Shown: positions 10,336 through 24,230 of the stretch, one piece after another
How the letters are laid out: each line of letters begins with the position of its first letter
How positions within the stretch are numbered: the first letter of the stretch is position 1
Assembly: GCA_964016885.1 (NCBI GenBank)
Contig: OZ024746.1
Span: forward strand, 96,100,001-96,164,000
DNA: 64,000 nucleotides
Direction of reading: 5' to 3'
DNA from: Eledone cirrhosa
Taxonomy: Eukaryota
Notes under the pieces: generated by a model
The model's input: only the letters and a program-made list of their open reading frames with translations
Told to the model about the DNA's origin: nothing
Databases searched by the model: none
Made by a program: the position numbers and the translations under genes

Positions 10336-10589
10336 TTCAACAGTAACCAATCTTAAAGAGAGAGATGGAGATAGGAGAGGAGATATGAGAGGAGAGATTG
10401 GTGAATTAGTTAGAAGCCAAAACGTAAAGGCATGTGCTCAATGTGCAATATGCAGTAGAAAGCAGCTAGATGGCTGGGTTCAGGCAGAAGTTAGGTGCAC
10501 AGAGCTGGAAATATTCATTAGTTAAGCAAAACAAGACCACAAATTTCCTTGTGAAATTTGTGGTCTTGTTTTGCTTAACTAATGAATAT
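10331..10589. mobile_element. Fold-back element in (TA)n
   Basis: Perfect 37 bp arms 10511-10547/10553-10589 with a 5 nt loop. One-sided ~180 bp extension. TA arrays on both sides. Confidence 0.55.
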
Positions 10590-10590
10590 A

Positions 10591-10627
<37 letters not shown>

Positions 10628-10635
10628 GTGTGTGT

Positions 10636-10855
10636 GAAGGCGTATGGCTGAGTGGTTAGAGAATTGGATTCACAATCGTGAGGTTGTGAGTTCAATTCCT
10701 GGACCGGGCGATGCATTATGTCCTTGAGCAAGACACTTTATTTCACGTTGCTCCTTCTACCTGGAGTTGCGGCCGATAGATAGTATTAGCAATTGGAAAG
10801 ACCAACGGAAACATTGTTTCCTCGGTCCGATTTGACAAAAGTTGATCGACTGTTG
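10636..10855 (+). mobile_element. SINE group B, tail variant 2
   Basis: Same tRNA head and core as 1092 but a different 3' part (TTGGAAAGACCAACGGAAACATTGTTTCCTCGGTCC). Second copy at 16081-16265. Confidence 0.75.
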
Positions 10856-13034
10856 ATATATAAGTATATGTGTATATATGTACGTGTGTATATATGTGTG
10901 TATGTGTATATATGTGTGTATGTGTATATATGTGTGCATTTGTATGTGTGCGTGTATATATATATATATATGTATGTGAGTGTGTGTGTGTGTGTGTGTG
11001 TATGTATGTGTGTGTGTATGTGTGTATATGTATGTGTATGTGTGTATATGTATGTGTGTATGTGTATATATGTATATATTTATGTGTGTGTGTTGTAAAA
11101 CATTATCACAAAACATCCAGCCCACCACATGTCAGCATGGAAAAGTGTACTTAACCTTCTGGAGGCTCCAGGTGCATTAAGTTGCCGATAGAGTAATCTC
11201 CTCTTAATACATAATGCAGTGCCAAGGGAAGCAATCCATAAACATTTGATTCCGAGATTATCTGTAGCAACAATAACACCTACTTGGCAGGCCATCTCCG
11301 AATCAAATATTTTTTCTGTTTGTGTTTGCTGTAATTTTTTTATTGATTAACTAATTATGCAATCCATACATGATGATGTCAGCAGGATCTTACGTAATCA
11401 GGCCACTGAAATATATATAGCATTTTTGCAACAATAAAACTTTAACCCTTAAGCATTTACATTACTTTATATTTACTATTGTATTTTCAGGATAAAGGCT
11501 TTACGTCGCATAATTATCGAATCTATGAGATTCTGATGTTATTTATTTTGAGAACAATACCTTAACATCAGTATGAGAGGCTGGTTACAGCTGATTTGAA
11601 AAGAAAGAGATGAGATAATTCTGGCCAGATACAGCCAGTTTAAATGTTAAAGGGTTAAAGGAATTTCACCAGTCCGGCCTCGTGTTATTTTCGTCAAATA
11701 TTTAACTCTATTCCTGTACCAGCCACAGGATTCAACATTAACGATGGATGAGTTGCATAACGTAGAGTGCTTTTCCTACTAATACATCATGGTTGACTAA
11801 ACGGAATGACCAGTTCTATCCAATAGTGAACTACTAAACATGTATGTGTAAATATATAACTAACAAATAGTTTAATGTTCTAAATGGTTGAATACAATAA
11901 ATGTAATCTGAGTTTTTCGAATATTAATAATAATATTCGATTTGTTTGTAATTATGCAAATAGCCTCTTTAAATCCATGTGAGTAGAATCACCCTGTCAT
12001 TCTTGCTCTTGTGTTGGCATGTAAACAGAACTGTAGACACTAATGTTTCTGGGTGATTACCCTTCATCAGCACAGTATATTGCTTATATATATAATCATT
12101 TTATGTCTGTTTTCCATGCTGGCATATGTATGTGTTATGTCTATACTAGCTGACTATCTATATACACAAGCATCAAAGGCTCCATTATGTTTATTAGGTA
12201 CTGACTACTATATTCTAAATAAGAATTATCAACCTTTACATAGGAAGTATTTAAAGATATATCTTTATAACTGTCATATTACTTATTCTCTAATTTCTTT
12301 TTAAATCTAATTCAGCAACATTAAACTAAATAATGTTTGTGTTGAAGTCACCCACACAAAATTATCTTCCTATTTTTATTTATATATATTTTTTTAACAA
12401 GATAAGAAAATAATCTTTAAAAAAAAAATTTTTTATAAATATAATTTTCATTTTATTTTCTCTTTTCCCCTTTAGCAAATGTCAGAAGCTTCTGTTTTGT
12501 TTTATTGTTAACATCTCTTAAAGAGTGAGGATATTTTATTTGTAAATAAAATTTCTCATTACTCTGATTGTCACGAAATTCATCATTTACATCCACAGGC
12601 ATCTGGGAGTAAATGATGAATTTAAAAAGAAAAAATATAACAAATAAGCTCTATAATAACAATAATAATTATTGTTTCTACTTTTGGCACAAGGCCAGTA
12701 ATTCCCCCAGTGTATTACTGGTACTTTATTTTATCGACCCTGTAAGGATGAAAGGCAAAGTTAACCTCGGCGGGATTTGAACTCGGATAATAAAGGGCCG
12801 TAACTCTATACTGCAAAGCAATAATAATGGTTTCTGATTTAGGCACAAAGCCAACCATTTTAAGGGGTGGGGAGAATCGATTGAATCACCCCCAGTGCAT
12901 TACTGGTACTTTATTTTATCAACCCTGTAAGGATGAAAGGCAAAGTTAACCTCGGCAGGATTTGAACTCAGAATGTAAAGGGCTGTAACTATATGCCACA
13001 AAGAATAATGTCTGATGCTCTAACGCTCTTCCAA

Positions 13035-13250
13035 CTATTTGCAGAGCTTTGAATGGAGGTGATTTGTAAGCAGTAATTTCTGTGGGGTGCTGTTGTTGAT
13101 GCTGCTGTTGCCTCTTTTCTTAAGTTCTTCCAGGCAGAAAATCCTCCAATTGCCCTTACTACCACACAGGTAACAGCTGGACTTTCTGGCCAGCACCACC
13201 ACCAATCTCATTTCTTTTCTTTCTGCATCCTTGATTGGACAAAGCACCAA
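13035..13250 (-). mobile_element. Possible gag/ORF1 zinc-knuckle relic
   Basis: CYLCGSKGNWRIFC resembles a degenerate CX2CX4HX4C knuckle (H>N). Confidence 0.3.
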
Positions 13251-13409
13251 AACAGTGTTGTGGTGTTGTTGTGTATAGGAGGTGGGGATATTAGAACTTG
13301 GGTATTTATAAAGACTCTCTCCTCATCATATTGTGTCTAGTAAGTTCGGCACTTACTACCTGCTTTAACAGTTAAAGGTCAATGTCATCACTAATGTTCT
13401 TTATCATAA

Positions 13410-13712
13410 AGGGACATGGCTTTGTGGTTAGGGTATTAGGCTTGCAATTGTAAGATTGTGAGATTCCCAACAGCGCGTTGTGTCCTTGAGCAAGACACTT
13501 TATTTCACACTGCTCCAGTTTACTCAGCTGGCAAAAATGTGTTGTACCTGTAATTCAAATGGTCAGCCTTGTCATATTCTGTGTCATGCTGAATCTCCCT
13601 GACAACTATGTTAAGGGTACATGTGTATGTGTAATGCTCAACCACTTGCACATTACTTTGACAAGCAGTCTATTCCATTGAATGGATCAACTGAAACACA
13701 GACGGAGTGCCT
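13410..13712 (+). mobile_element. SINE group B, tail variant 3
   Basis: Same head and core, with tail ACCTGTAATTCAAA...GTGTCATGCTGAATCTCCCTGA. The same tail recurs at about 15930, 37720, 52960-53450 and 55630. Confidence 0.7.
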
Positions 13713-13849
13713 TCTGTGTTGTGTCATCCAAAGTTTTTACATAAAATTATGTTGGGAGGTATTTAGATAAATATAAACACTTTAAAACAAACAGTTTTGT
13801 ATCATAGAACCAGTGGTGGCTTCATGTATGTTGGTATTAAACCCTTTTG

Positions 13850-14445
13850 TTACCATATTTCTAATGAAAACCACTGCATGCACCACACCTTCTGGTCATC
13901 ATTCAACAGCTTCAGCACCTTCTTTGTGCAGATATTCCACATACCCAAATCTTCGATGATGGTCTTCCAAATGCTGTCACAGTTCATGCCCAGCTCACTT
14001 GTGATCAGTCGAACAGTCAGCTGACGATTGCCACATACCAACTACCTTATGCACTTAACCTTGGCCTCAGTCCTGCTCGATGAAGGCCTTCTACTCCTGG
14101 GGTCACCTTCCACCTTTTGTGCCACTTGAAAACCTGTCAGTGGGACATCATTTCATTTCTGTACACCTGCTGCAGTATTCCAAGTGCTTCTGACAGAGTT
14201 TTCCCCCAGCTGAACCTGAATCTTCAGGCTGGTTTGTTGCTCTGTGCCCATCACTTGACAGCCTAAAACTGAGGAATTGTTAACAAAAGCACATGAATCA
14301 AACATACAAGGGGTACAGAGAGCTGAGATTGCAGTTATACGCTCCCCAGATATTACATCACATGGTGATGTAACCCGCTAATCCCTACCCAACTCATAGC
14401 TCACACAGCACACTAATTCCTGTTACTTTTCTGACACACCTCATA
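13850..14445 (-). mobile_element. Mariner (Tc1/mariner) transposon relic, 5' part
   Basis: RQLTVRLITSELGMNCDSIWKTIIEDLGMWNICTKKVLKLLNDDQK matches the mariner second HTH and linker. TIR-like TA-TGAGGTGTGTCAGAAAAGTAA at 14423-14445 (-). Confidence 0.8.
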
Positions 14446-15343
14446 TAAACTCTTTAACCCTTTAGCATTTAAACCGGCCATATCTGGCCAGAATTCTCTC
14501 ACCTTTTTCTGCTCAAACTGGCTGTAACCAGCCACTCATACTGACGTTAAGGTATTGTTCTCAAAATAAATATCAAAATCTCATAGATTCGATATCATGT
14601 GAGATATTTATGTGAGGTAAAGCCTTTACTGTGAAAATACATCATTTTACGTCTGCTTTTCCCTGCTTGCAAGGGTGGGACGGGTCCTATTCAGCACAGC
14701 ATCTCTCCACTTGTCATGGTCCTATGTCACTTCCTCCGTGAGCTTCAGCAATCTGAGGTCTGCTCTCACCACCTCCGCCCATGTTTTACGTGGTCTTCCT
14801 CAACTGCATCTTCCTTCACTGGGATTTCTTGGCACTTCTTTACCCAGCGGTCCTCCTCCATGTGCATCACATGTTCATACCATCGCAGTCTTCTCTCCCG
14901 CACACTACAACTTATCCCTCTTATACACAGTTTCTTTCTCAACTCATCTATACTTCTAATGTAAATGCTAAAGGGTTAAAACAAGCAGTTTGGGGGTGAT
15001 TTCAAGTGGTTTCGTATGAAAAGTGTTAACTTTAACAAGTTATGCTAAAAGACTTACAGAAGGATACAATGCAATTTCTAATTAGTTGCGGAAGTCAGAT
15101 ATCTGGTGGGATCTCTTTCAGGGCAAAACATAGGCTGCATAAATGTTGTTTACAGTTAATCAATATCTTTGTAAATAGGATCCATTCTTTCTTTTACTGC
15201 AGCTCATAGCAAATAACACGAAACACAGATATTTGTTGCTAGCATCATATGTTGACCAACAAATGTCCTTACACCATTGTTTAATGGTCTTCATTACATA
15301 TGTGTGTGTATGTGACTAATAGATATGGGTGGCAGTGTATATA

Positions 15344-15398
<55 letters not shown>

Positions 15399-15525
15399 AG
15401 GGAGTGTAACATGAAGTTATGTCATCGTCTCCATTTATCATTAGGTTTTTCCCTTCTAGCAATGGTGGTATCCAATTCCTATGATGTTAATAGAAAAAGA
15501 AGAAGAAGAAAGAAAGAAAATATCA

Positions 15526-15556
<31 letters not shown>

Positions 15557-16342
15557 GCAGTTGCTCAACAAAGATATTGAATTATTCTGCAAGCTAGACA
15601 GAGCGGCATCGCTTGTGAGTCATTCCACTTTAGCCACAGTAGCTGGTGTTCAATGTAAAGTAGCAGACATCATAATTATGAATAGCCTTCAGTCAATTAA
15701 TAGTTTCTTTATAAATAAAGACAAGATGAACCAGCTGAGTGTGTGTCTTCTGGTAGAGTGAACCTTGCATGACCAAATGGTTAAGAAGTCTTACTTAGCA
15801 ATAATTAGGTCCCAGGTTCAAATCCTGTTGTGTGGCATCTTGTGCAAGTATCATTTACCATAGCCTCAGGTTGACCAATGGCTTGTGTGGGAAATTTGGT
15901 AGACAAAAACTCTTTGGAAGTCTATTAGATGGACTATACCTGTAATTCAAAAGGGCCAGCCTTGTTATATAGTCATTCTGAATCTCCCTGAGAATTATGT
16001 CAACACAACAAAAAGCACCCCTAGCCCACACTAATTAGATATTAGTTTAAAATTTGCATTTAAATTTGAACACTTTAATAGAGGTTAGAGAATTGGATTC
16101 ACAATCATGAGGTTGAAAGTTTGTTTCCCTGGCCAGGTGATGCATTATCTCCTTGAGCAAGACACTTAATTTCACATTGCTCCTTTTGCCAGGATTTGCA
16201 ACCAGTAGATAGTATTAGCATTTGGAAAGACCAATGGAAACATTGTTTCCTCGGTCCTATTTGAATAGCTCCACCCCCACTTGTTAAGCAAATGAGGTCT
16301 GAGATCTTGTGGATCAATGATGATTCATTCAATAGAGCCAGT

Positions 16343-16375
<33 letters not shown>

Positions 16376-16694
16376 ATCTGTGTGTGTGTGCTGTATAGGC
16401 TGTGCCCTTTATATTCTCTAATTTGTGGTTCAACCAATAGAGATTGATAAAAAAAAGCACCAGAATTGAAAAGTAATTGTTTCTACTTTTGGCACAAGGC
16501 CAGCAATTTTTCAGTGCATTACTGGTACTCTATTTTATCGACCCCGTAAGGATGAAAGGCAAAGTTAACCTCGGCGGGATTTGAACTCAGATCATAAAGG
16601 GACGTAACTATGCTGGAAAGCATGGCGTCCAACCCTCTACTGATACTGCCAATCCACCAGAATTGAAAAACAATAATTACTGGTTGGTGATATC

Positions 16695-17062
16695 TTCTTT
16701 GCCCACTTATTCCTGAGAGGGTCGTGGGGGAAGAGTCTCAAATACTCCTTCCAGTGGGTCCTGTCAGAAGCAACTGTCCCCAACTGATCTGGCTGGATCC
16801 CCAAGTGAGACCAGCTAAGCTCATGGATGGTATCCAACCATCTTGCTCGGGGTCTACCCCTGGGTCTCCTGCTGGTTGGTTTTGCCTGGAAAATCTGTCC
16901 AGCGAGATTCTTTCCTCAGACATTCTAACCACATGTCCATAGTATCGGAGCTGTGATCTCTCAGTTCAGAGAAGTAGCAGCTCTACTTGGAGTAACTCTC
17001 TGATCTCCAAGCTATGCACTCTATTGAGTAACGTTAATCTATAGACCCTTTGGAGGAACCCC
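16695..17062 (-). mobile_element. RTE (Expander/Rex3-like) LINE 3' fragment
   Basis: Encodes ...DTIHELSWSHLGIQPDQLGTVASDRTHWKEYLRLFPHDP after a frameshifted RPRGRPRARW. Relatives at 37865-38325, 57640-57930 and 58000-58145. Confidence 0.7.
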
Positions 17063-17946
17063 ATTGGTTGTTGATATGATTTACTAAACCCTACCATGCA
17101 GTGCTCCAGTATGGGCACAATAAAAATTGTTAGTACCACAGTGTATCTTGTATTACTCATTATTGTAGCAACCAATATCTGAAAGAAGATCTGTTGCTAG
17201 GTTACTATCTGTGTTATTAGATATGATTTCCCATGTAATATAACTGTTTGTGTTGTTATCCATATAATCCACAGAATACATTATAAATAACATGATAAAA
17301 ACTAAAATAAAATAGAGTAAACTTTGTTTTAGAAATATACAGCTTCATAATCAATGATGAAGGAAAACATTGGACACTGCACTGCACCAATTGGATTATA
17401 AATAAATAAATACTGGAGTAAATGAAACCCTTTTGATACCAAACTCCTCGCGGGTCTAAATAATGGAGAGGGGGCAACAAGTGTGGGGGAAGGTTGAATA
17501 AGTGGGGGAGTAGGAATAAGCAGGCGGGGTTGGAAAATCGGTAATTTTTCTAGGTTGTATCCTTTTAAAAACCAGAATTAGTCATTTAGTTTACATACTG
17601 AGATCCCCAACCTGTCCTATTTATTTAGAGCTGGTTTTAGTCGGGTTGATAACTAAAGGGTTAAAATAGGTGGTTTTATTTCATGGAGCCTGAGCTGCTT
17701 TTGGTCGGGTTGGTAACTAAAGGGTTAAAATGGGTGGTTTTATTTCATAGAACCAGAGCCAGTTTTAGCTGGGTTGGTAACTAAATGGTTAAGACATTAT
17801 TCCATCCAGTGTGTGATGTATTATTGCTTCTGTTATCCCTCTACCATTCTTCAAATCATTAATATTCAACATAAAATCAACTTATATTTAGTAATATACA
17901 GAAATCAATATTAAGTCTTCACCGAATCAATTATTAGTAAGACTGT

Positions 17947-20195
17947 TATCATCATCATCATCATCACTACCATCACCACCATCATCACTATCATTACTAC
18001 TGTCACCAATCACTACCACCACTACCACCACTACCACCACTACCACCACTACCACCACTACCACCACTACCACCACTACCACCACTACCACCACTACCAC
18101 CACTACCACCACTACCACCACTACCACCACTACAATCCTGTTAGTATCTCATTATTCCAGTCTTGGCTACAGTTGGATTATAATGTCGAACTAGGATCTA
18201 AAAAATGAATTAGTTATAGTCATCACCACTACCACCACCACTACCACCACCACTACCACCACCACTACCACCACCACTACCACTACCACTACCACCATCA
18301 CCACCACCACCACCACCACTACCACTACCACCATCACCACCACCACTACCACCACCACTACCACCACCACTACCACCACCACTACCACCATCACCACCAC
18401 CACTACCACCACTACCACCACCACTACCACCATCACTACCACCACCACTACCACCACCACTACCACCACCACTACCACCACCACTACCACTACCACTACC
18501 ACCATCACCACCACCACCACCACCACTACCACTACCACCATCACCACCACCACTACCACCACCACTACCACCACCACTACCACCACCACTACCACCACCA
18601 CTACCACCACCACTACCACCACCACTACCACCATCACCACCACCACTACCACCACTACCACCACCACTACCACCATCACTACCACCACCACTACCACCAC
18701 CACTACCACCACCACTACCACCACCACTACCACCACTACCACCATCACCACCACCACTACCACCACTACCACCACCACTACCACCATCACTACCACCATC
18801 ACTACCACCACTACCACCATCACCACTACCACTACCACCACCACTACCACCATCACCACCACCACTACCACCACTACCACCACCACTACCACCATCACTA
18901 CCACCATCACTACCACCACTACCACCATCACCACCACCACTACCACCATCACCACCACCACTACCACCATCACCACCACCACTACCACCATCACCACTAC
19001 CACTACCACCATCACTACCACCACTACCACCACTACCACCACCACTACCACCATCACCACCACCACCACCACCACTACCACTACCACCATCACCACCACC
19101 ACTACCACCACTACCACCACTACCACCACCACTACCACCATCACTACCACTACCACCACCACTACCACCATCACCACCACCACTACCACCATCACCACCA
19201 CCACTACCACCACCACTACCACCACCACTACCACCATCACTACCACCATCACCACTACCACTACCACCATCACCACTACCACTACCACCATCACCACTAC
19301 CACTACCACCATCACCACCACCACCACCACCACTACCACCACCACTACCACCACCACTACCACTACCACCATCACCACCACCACCACCACTACCACCACC
19401 ACTACCACCACCACTACCACCATCACTACCACCATCACTACCACCATCACTACCACCACCACTACCACCACCACCACTACCACCACCACTACCACCACCA
19501 CTACCACCATCACTACCACCACCACTACCATCACTACCACCACCACTACCACCATCACTACCACCACCACTACCATCACTACCATCACTACCGTCACCAC
19601 CACCACCATTACCATCACACCATCACCACCACCTCCACTATCATCACTGCAACCACCACTATCATCCCCACCACCACCATCATCATCCCCACCACCACCA
19701 TCATCATCCCCACCACCACCACCATCATCCCCACCACCACCACTATCATCCCCACCACCACCATCATCCCCACCACCACCACCATCATCCCCACCACCAC
19801 CACCATCATCCCCACCACCACCACTATCATCCCCACCACCACCACCACCATCATCCCCACCACCACCACCATCATCCCCACCACCACCACCATCATCCCC
19901 ACCACCACCACTATCATCCCCACCACCACCACCACCATCATCCCCACCACCACCACCACCATCATCCCCACCACCACCACTATCATCCCCACCACCACCA
20001 TCATCCCCACCACCACCACCATCATCCCCACCACCACCACCACTATCATCCCCACCACCACCACCACCACTATCATCCCCACCACCATCACTATCATCCC
20101 CACCACCATCACTATCATCCCCACCACCATCACTATCATCCCCACCACCATCACTATCATCCCCACCACCATCACTACAATCCCCACCTCCACCA
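17947..20195. repeat. Long (CCA/CTA/TCA) trinucleotide-based arrays
   Basis: (ACTACCACC)n at 18011-18132, mixed ACC/ACT/ATC at 18221-19620, and a CCCC-containing variant at 19620-20195. Confidence 0.95.
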
Positions 20196-22865
20196 CTGGG
20201 CTAGGTTGCATGTTGTATTCTTGAGCAAAACACTTCATTTTACGTTACTCCAGTGTACTAAGCTGAAAATGAGTACCAGCAATAGCTGGGGGTTTGACCC
20301 TGCAATGGACTGGTATCCTGTCCAGGAGGAAGTCCTGTACTCTCAGTCGCTTCATGCCATGAAGCCGGGATAAGTACCGGTTCAACACGCTGCTTGCAGT
20401 GCACGAGGGCAATATTAGGACAACATGATCCTCCCCAAATATAACAATTGTGTTAGAAATGTTAGGGTGCTTCACACTGTTTAATCAAATCTGTGTAATT
20501 TCACTTCAAATCCTGCCTTTGTTGATTTTTGTCATTCAACCCTCATTGGGTGGAATTTTGTTGTTGATATGCTGTTTAACCCTTTCATGACCATCTAAAC
20601 TATAATAAAGTAAGGAGTGCGAGACTGCATCCAGAATATATTTTTTTATTCCGTTTCTAAAATAAGTTGGATTACTTTGAATAAATAATTGTTTCTACTT
20701 TAGGCACAAGGCCAGCAATTACCCAGTGCATTACTGGTACTTTATTTTATCGACCCCGTATGGATGAAAGGCAAAGTCAACCTCGGCGGGATTTGAACTC
20801 AGATCGTAAAGGGACGTAACTATGCTGGAAAGCATGGCGTCCGACCCTCTACTGATACTGCCAATCCACCGTTGAATAAATAATTGTTTCTACTTTTGGC
20901 ACAAGGCCAGCAATTACCCAATGCATTACTGGTACTTTATTCTATCTGTCACTAATTTTCTCCTAATGCAGTTTATATATAATATCGTCTTTTTTTAATA
21001 TATCATGGATTACGTTACTGATTACATAAGACAGTGTAACGTAGTCTTCGTTCAATTTCCGTGTATATTGTCAATTACGATTTTATTTGATGTATCATAT
21101 CTACATGTATATATACTTGCGTATAATATCAATATACACACTACACATGCTAGCAGAAAACCACCCCAAGGGTGGTTTTTCTGCTAGTATTTCTAATGGA
21201 ATAAACTCTATGAAGAATTTTCAGAGATTTACTAAGATTACCAGTCATTTCATTACTAAGATAGTAACTTAATGTAAGGTTCTTATATAAGATTATGTTG
21301 GAAAATTTTAATTTAAATTAGAAACCGTTAACCCTTTTATGACCACATTTCTAATGGAATACACTCTGTTTTAGTTAAGTAATGAAGAATTTTCATTACT
21401 AAGATAGTAACTCTCAGAATGTAAAGTTCTTATATAAAATTGTTGGAAGATTTTAATTTAAATTGGAAACCTTTAAAATGGGTGGCTTTATTTCATGGTT
21501 GTGGCCGGGTTGATAACTAAAGGCTTAACACTTTTGATGTCAACCTACCCAAAACTGACAAAGTGCTGAAACTGGCACGTTACTGCACCAGCTCCTGCAT
21601 TGGCTATAAATCTTTAATATTTTTTTTTATTTTGGGGGTTTATTTTCTTTGTTATTTCTTTGTTTGATTGTTTTATACTTTAACCCTTTAGCATTTAAAC
21701 CGGCTGTATCTGGCCAGAATTCTCTCACCTCTTTCTGTTCAAACCAGTCATAACTGGTTGCTCATACTGATGTTAAAATAAATAATATCAAAATCTCATA
21801 GATTTAATATTATGTGAGATAAAGCCTTTACTGTGAAAATACAATAGTATATATAGCGTGATGTAAATGGTAAGGGTTTAATTTTAAAAACAAATTTATT
21901 AATTCAAATATTTATAATATCTTTGCTTGTGGACAGATTGTTGTGAAAATTTGCAGTATTATCATTTAACATCTTGCTATGATTTTGCAGAAAATATCTA
22001 AAAACGGGTTCGTTAATTCAAAGGTTTATAGTAAGTTTATGGTGGATAGATTATTGTGAAAATTTGCAATATTAGAGTAAGGACCTTAATTTTTAGTGTA
22101 ATGTAGTAATTGTGCTGTTTTATACTTTTCGAGAATGTCTTGTTAATATGGCTTCATGTAGTACAGGATGTTAGGAAGTAAGCCTTTTGATACTTATGAA
22201 GTAAGCTTTGATACCAAACCACTTAAAACAACTGCCTCTGGTTCTTTTGATACAAAGATGTTTATTTTAAAGTGTTTATGTTTATCTAAAAATCTTCCAG
22301 CATAATTATATATTAGAACTGTTTTAAACTTGTTCCCAAAAGCAGTTTAATAACAAGTTAATCCCCACAAGTTCCTGATTATTTTCAAAATAATTTAAAA
22401 CACATGATGGTATTAAAAGGATCAATGAAGTTGAATGTCATAAAATTATTTCTACTTTTGGCACAAGGCCAGCAATTATCCCAGTGCATTACTGGTACTT
22501 TATTTTATCAACTCCGTAAGGATGAAAGGCAAAGTTAATCTTGGCGGGAGTTGAACTCAGACTGTAAAGTGGCGTAACTCTATGCGGCAAAGCATGGTGT
22601 CTGACCCTCTACCAATACTGCCAAACCACATGTGACAAACAAATTGATAGTAAAATGGGGTTCGGCTTATATTCGGGGCCAATATTTTCACAATTTTCAC
22701 CAACTTCAAATTCTATGTCAATAAGGTAATAAAATATCTGAAGTGATTATTTCACAGTGAAACACTATTCTTCTACATTTACTACATTGTCATGAGTTTT
22801 ATTTATACATTGCTTTGAGAATATTCCCACAAAATTTTGTTATTTGAACTTTTTAATACATAAAT

Positions 22866-23192
22866 ATCCCCAACACATACACACAAACATAAACACATAC
22901 ACACAAATATAAACACATACACACAAACATAAACACATACAGGCAAATATAAACACATGTGCCGACCGTTTTTCTTGTGATTTACATAATTATACTTTTT
23001 CTTTCAATTTTGTTTTGTTTTATTTCTCTCTCTATCTCCCCTTGCTGCCTCTCCTCTCCCTCTGCCTCTCCCTCTCTCTCTCTCTCTGCCTCTCCCCCTC
23101 TCTCTCTCTCTGCCTCTCCCTCTCTCTCTCTGCCTCTCCCTCTCTCTCTCTCTCTCTCTCTCTGCCTCTCTCTCTCTCTCTCTCTCTCTCTG

Positions 23193-23231
<39 letters not shown>

Positions 23232-23295
23232 CTCTCACTCTGCCTCTCTGCCTCTCTCTCACTCTGCCTCTCTCTCTCTCTCTCTCTCTCTCTGC

Positions 23296-23365
<70 letters not shown>

Positions 23366-23693
23366 CTCCCTCTCTCTCTCTCTCTCTCTGCCTCTCCCTC
23401 TCTCTCTCTCTCTGCCTCTCCCTCTCTCTCTCTCTCTGCCTCTCTCTCTCTGCCTCTCTCTCTCTGCCTCTCTTCTCTCTCTCTCTGCCTCTTCTCTCTC
23501 TCTCTGCCTCTCCTCTCTCTCTTCTCTCTCTCTCTGCCTCTCCTCTCTTCTCTCTCTCTCTGCCTCTCCTCTCTTCTCTCTCTCTCTGCCTCTCCTCTCT
23601 TCTCTCTCTCTCTGCCTCTCTCCTCTCTCTCTCTGCCTCTGCCTCTCCTCTCGCTCTGCCTCTCCCTCGCTCTGCCTCCCCCTCTCTCTCTCT
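22866..23693. repeat. 20 bp AC-rich tandem plus (CT)n/GCCT compound array
   Basis: Directly visible. Confidence 0.9.
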
Positions 23694-24063
23694 ATAACTG
23701 TAAAAAATATCTACCTAAAGCTTTAATACTTGTAGAACATTAAATTGTTTCCAAGTTTTTCACGGTATGAATTTCATTCAATTTGAACATTAAATAAAAC
23801 TCAGTCACATTCAAGAAATGTTGTTATTGGCTGCGTAAAAGAAAAAACAAAATACTCCCAACATTTTAGTTGCTGAAAGTAAACAAAAATTCGAGAAACT
23901 TGAAACTTTATAAAACAGATGAAATGGCAAAGAAGTCATGTGGTGGATTTATGTTACAAAAACTATACTCTAAACAACACTTAAAACGTTTTAAATATCA
24001 AAATATTAAAACTTTGTAAATATTTTCTCCACTCATGAGAATTTCAAAACAGTAGCATAATGT

Positions 24064-24230
24064 TTTGATTAGCTTCCTGGGGTTATAAATAGGGCTTTGA
24101 TTAGCTGCCTCAAGTTATAAATAGGGTTTTGATTAGCTGCCTCAGGTTATAAATAGGGCTTTGATTAGCTGCCTCGAGTTATAAATAGGGCTTTGATTAG
24201 CTGCCTCATGTTATAAATAGGGCTTTGATT
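24064..24230. repeat. 32 bp tandem repeat x5
   Basis: Unit TTGATTAGCTGCCTCAAGTTATAAATAGGGCT. Followed by a pogo/Tigger-like TIR remnant GGCTTATATTCAAGTATATAGGGTA at about 24264-24288. Confidence 0.85.

Noticed and set aside
15300-15761. 153 aa ORF with a Lys/Arg run, as a possible upstream myosin exon
   Set aside because: Built from (TA)n and poly-A tracts, with no homology I recognise. A non-coding 5' exon nearby cannot be excluded.
18191-20238. Poly-Val/Met ORFs of 475 and 207 aa
   Set aside because: Reverse translation of a (CCA)n-type array. No credible exon boundaries.
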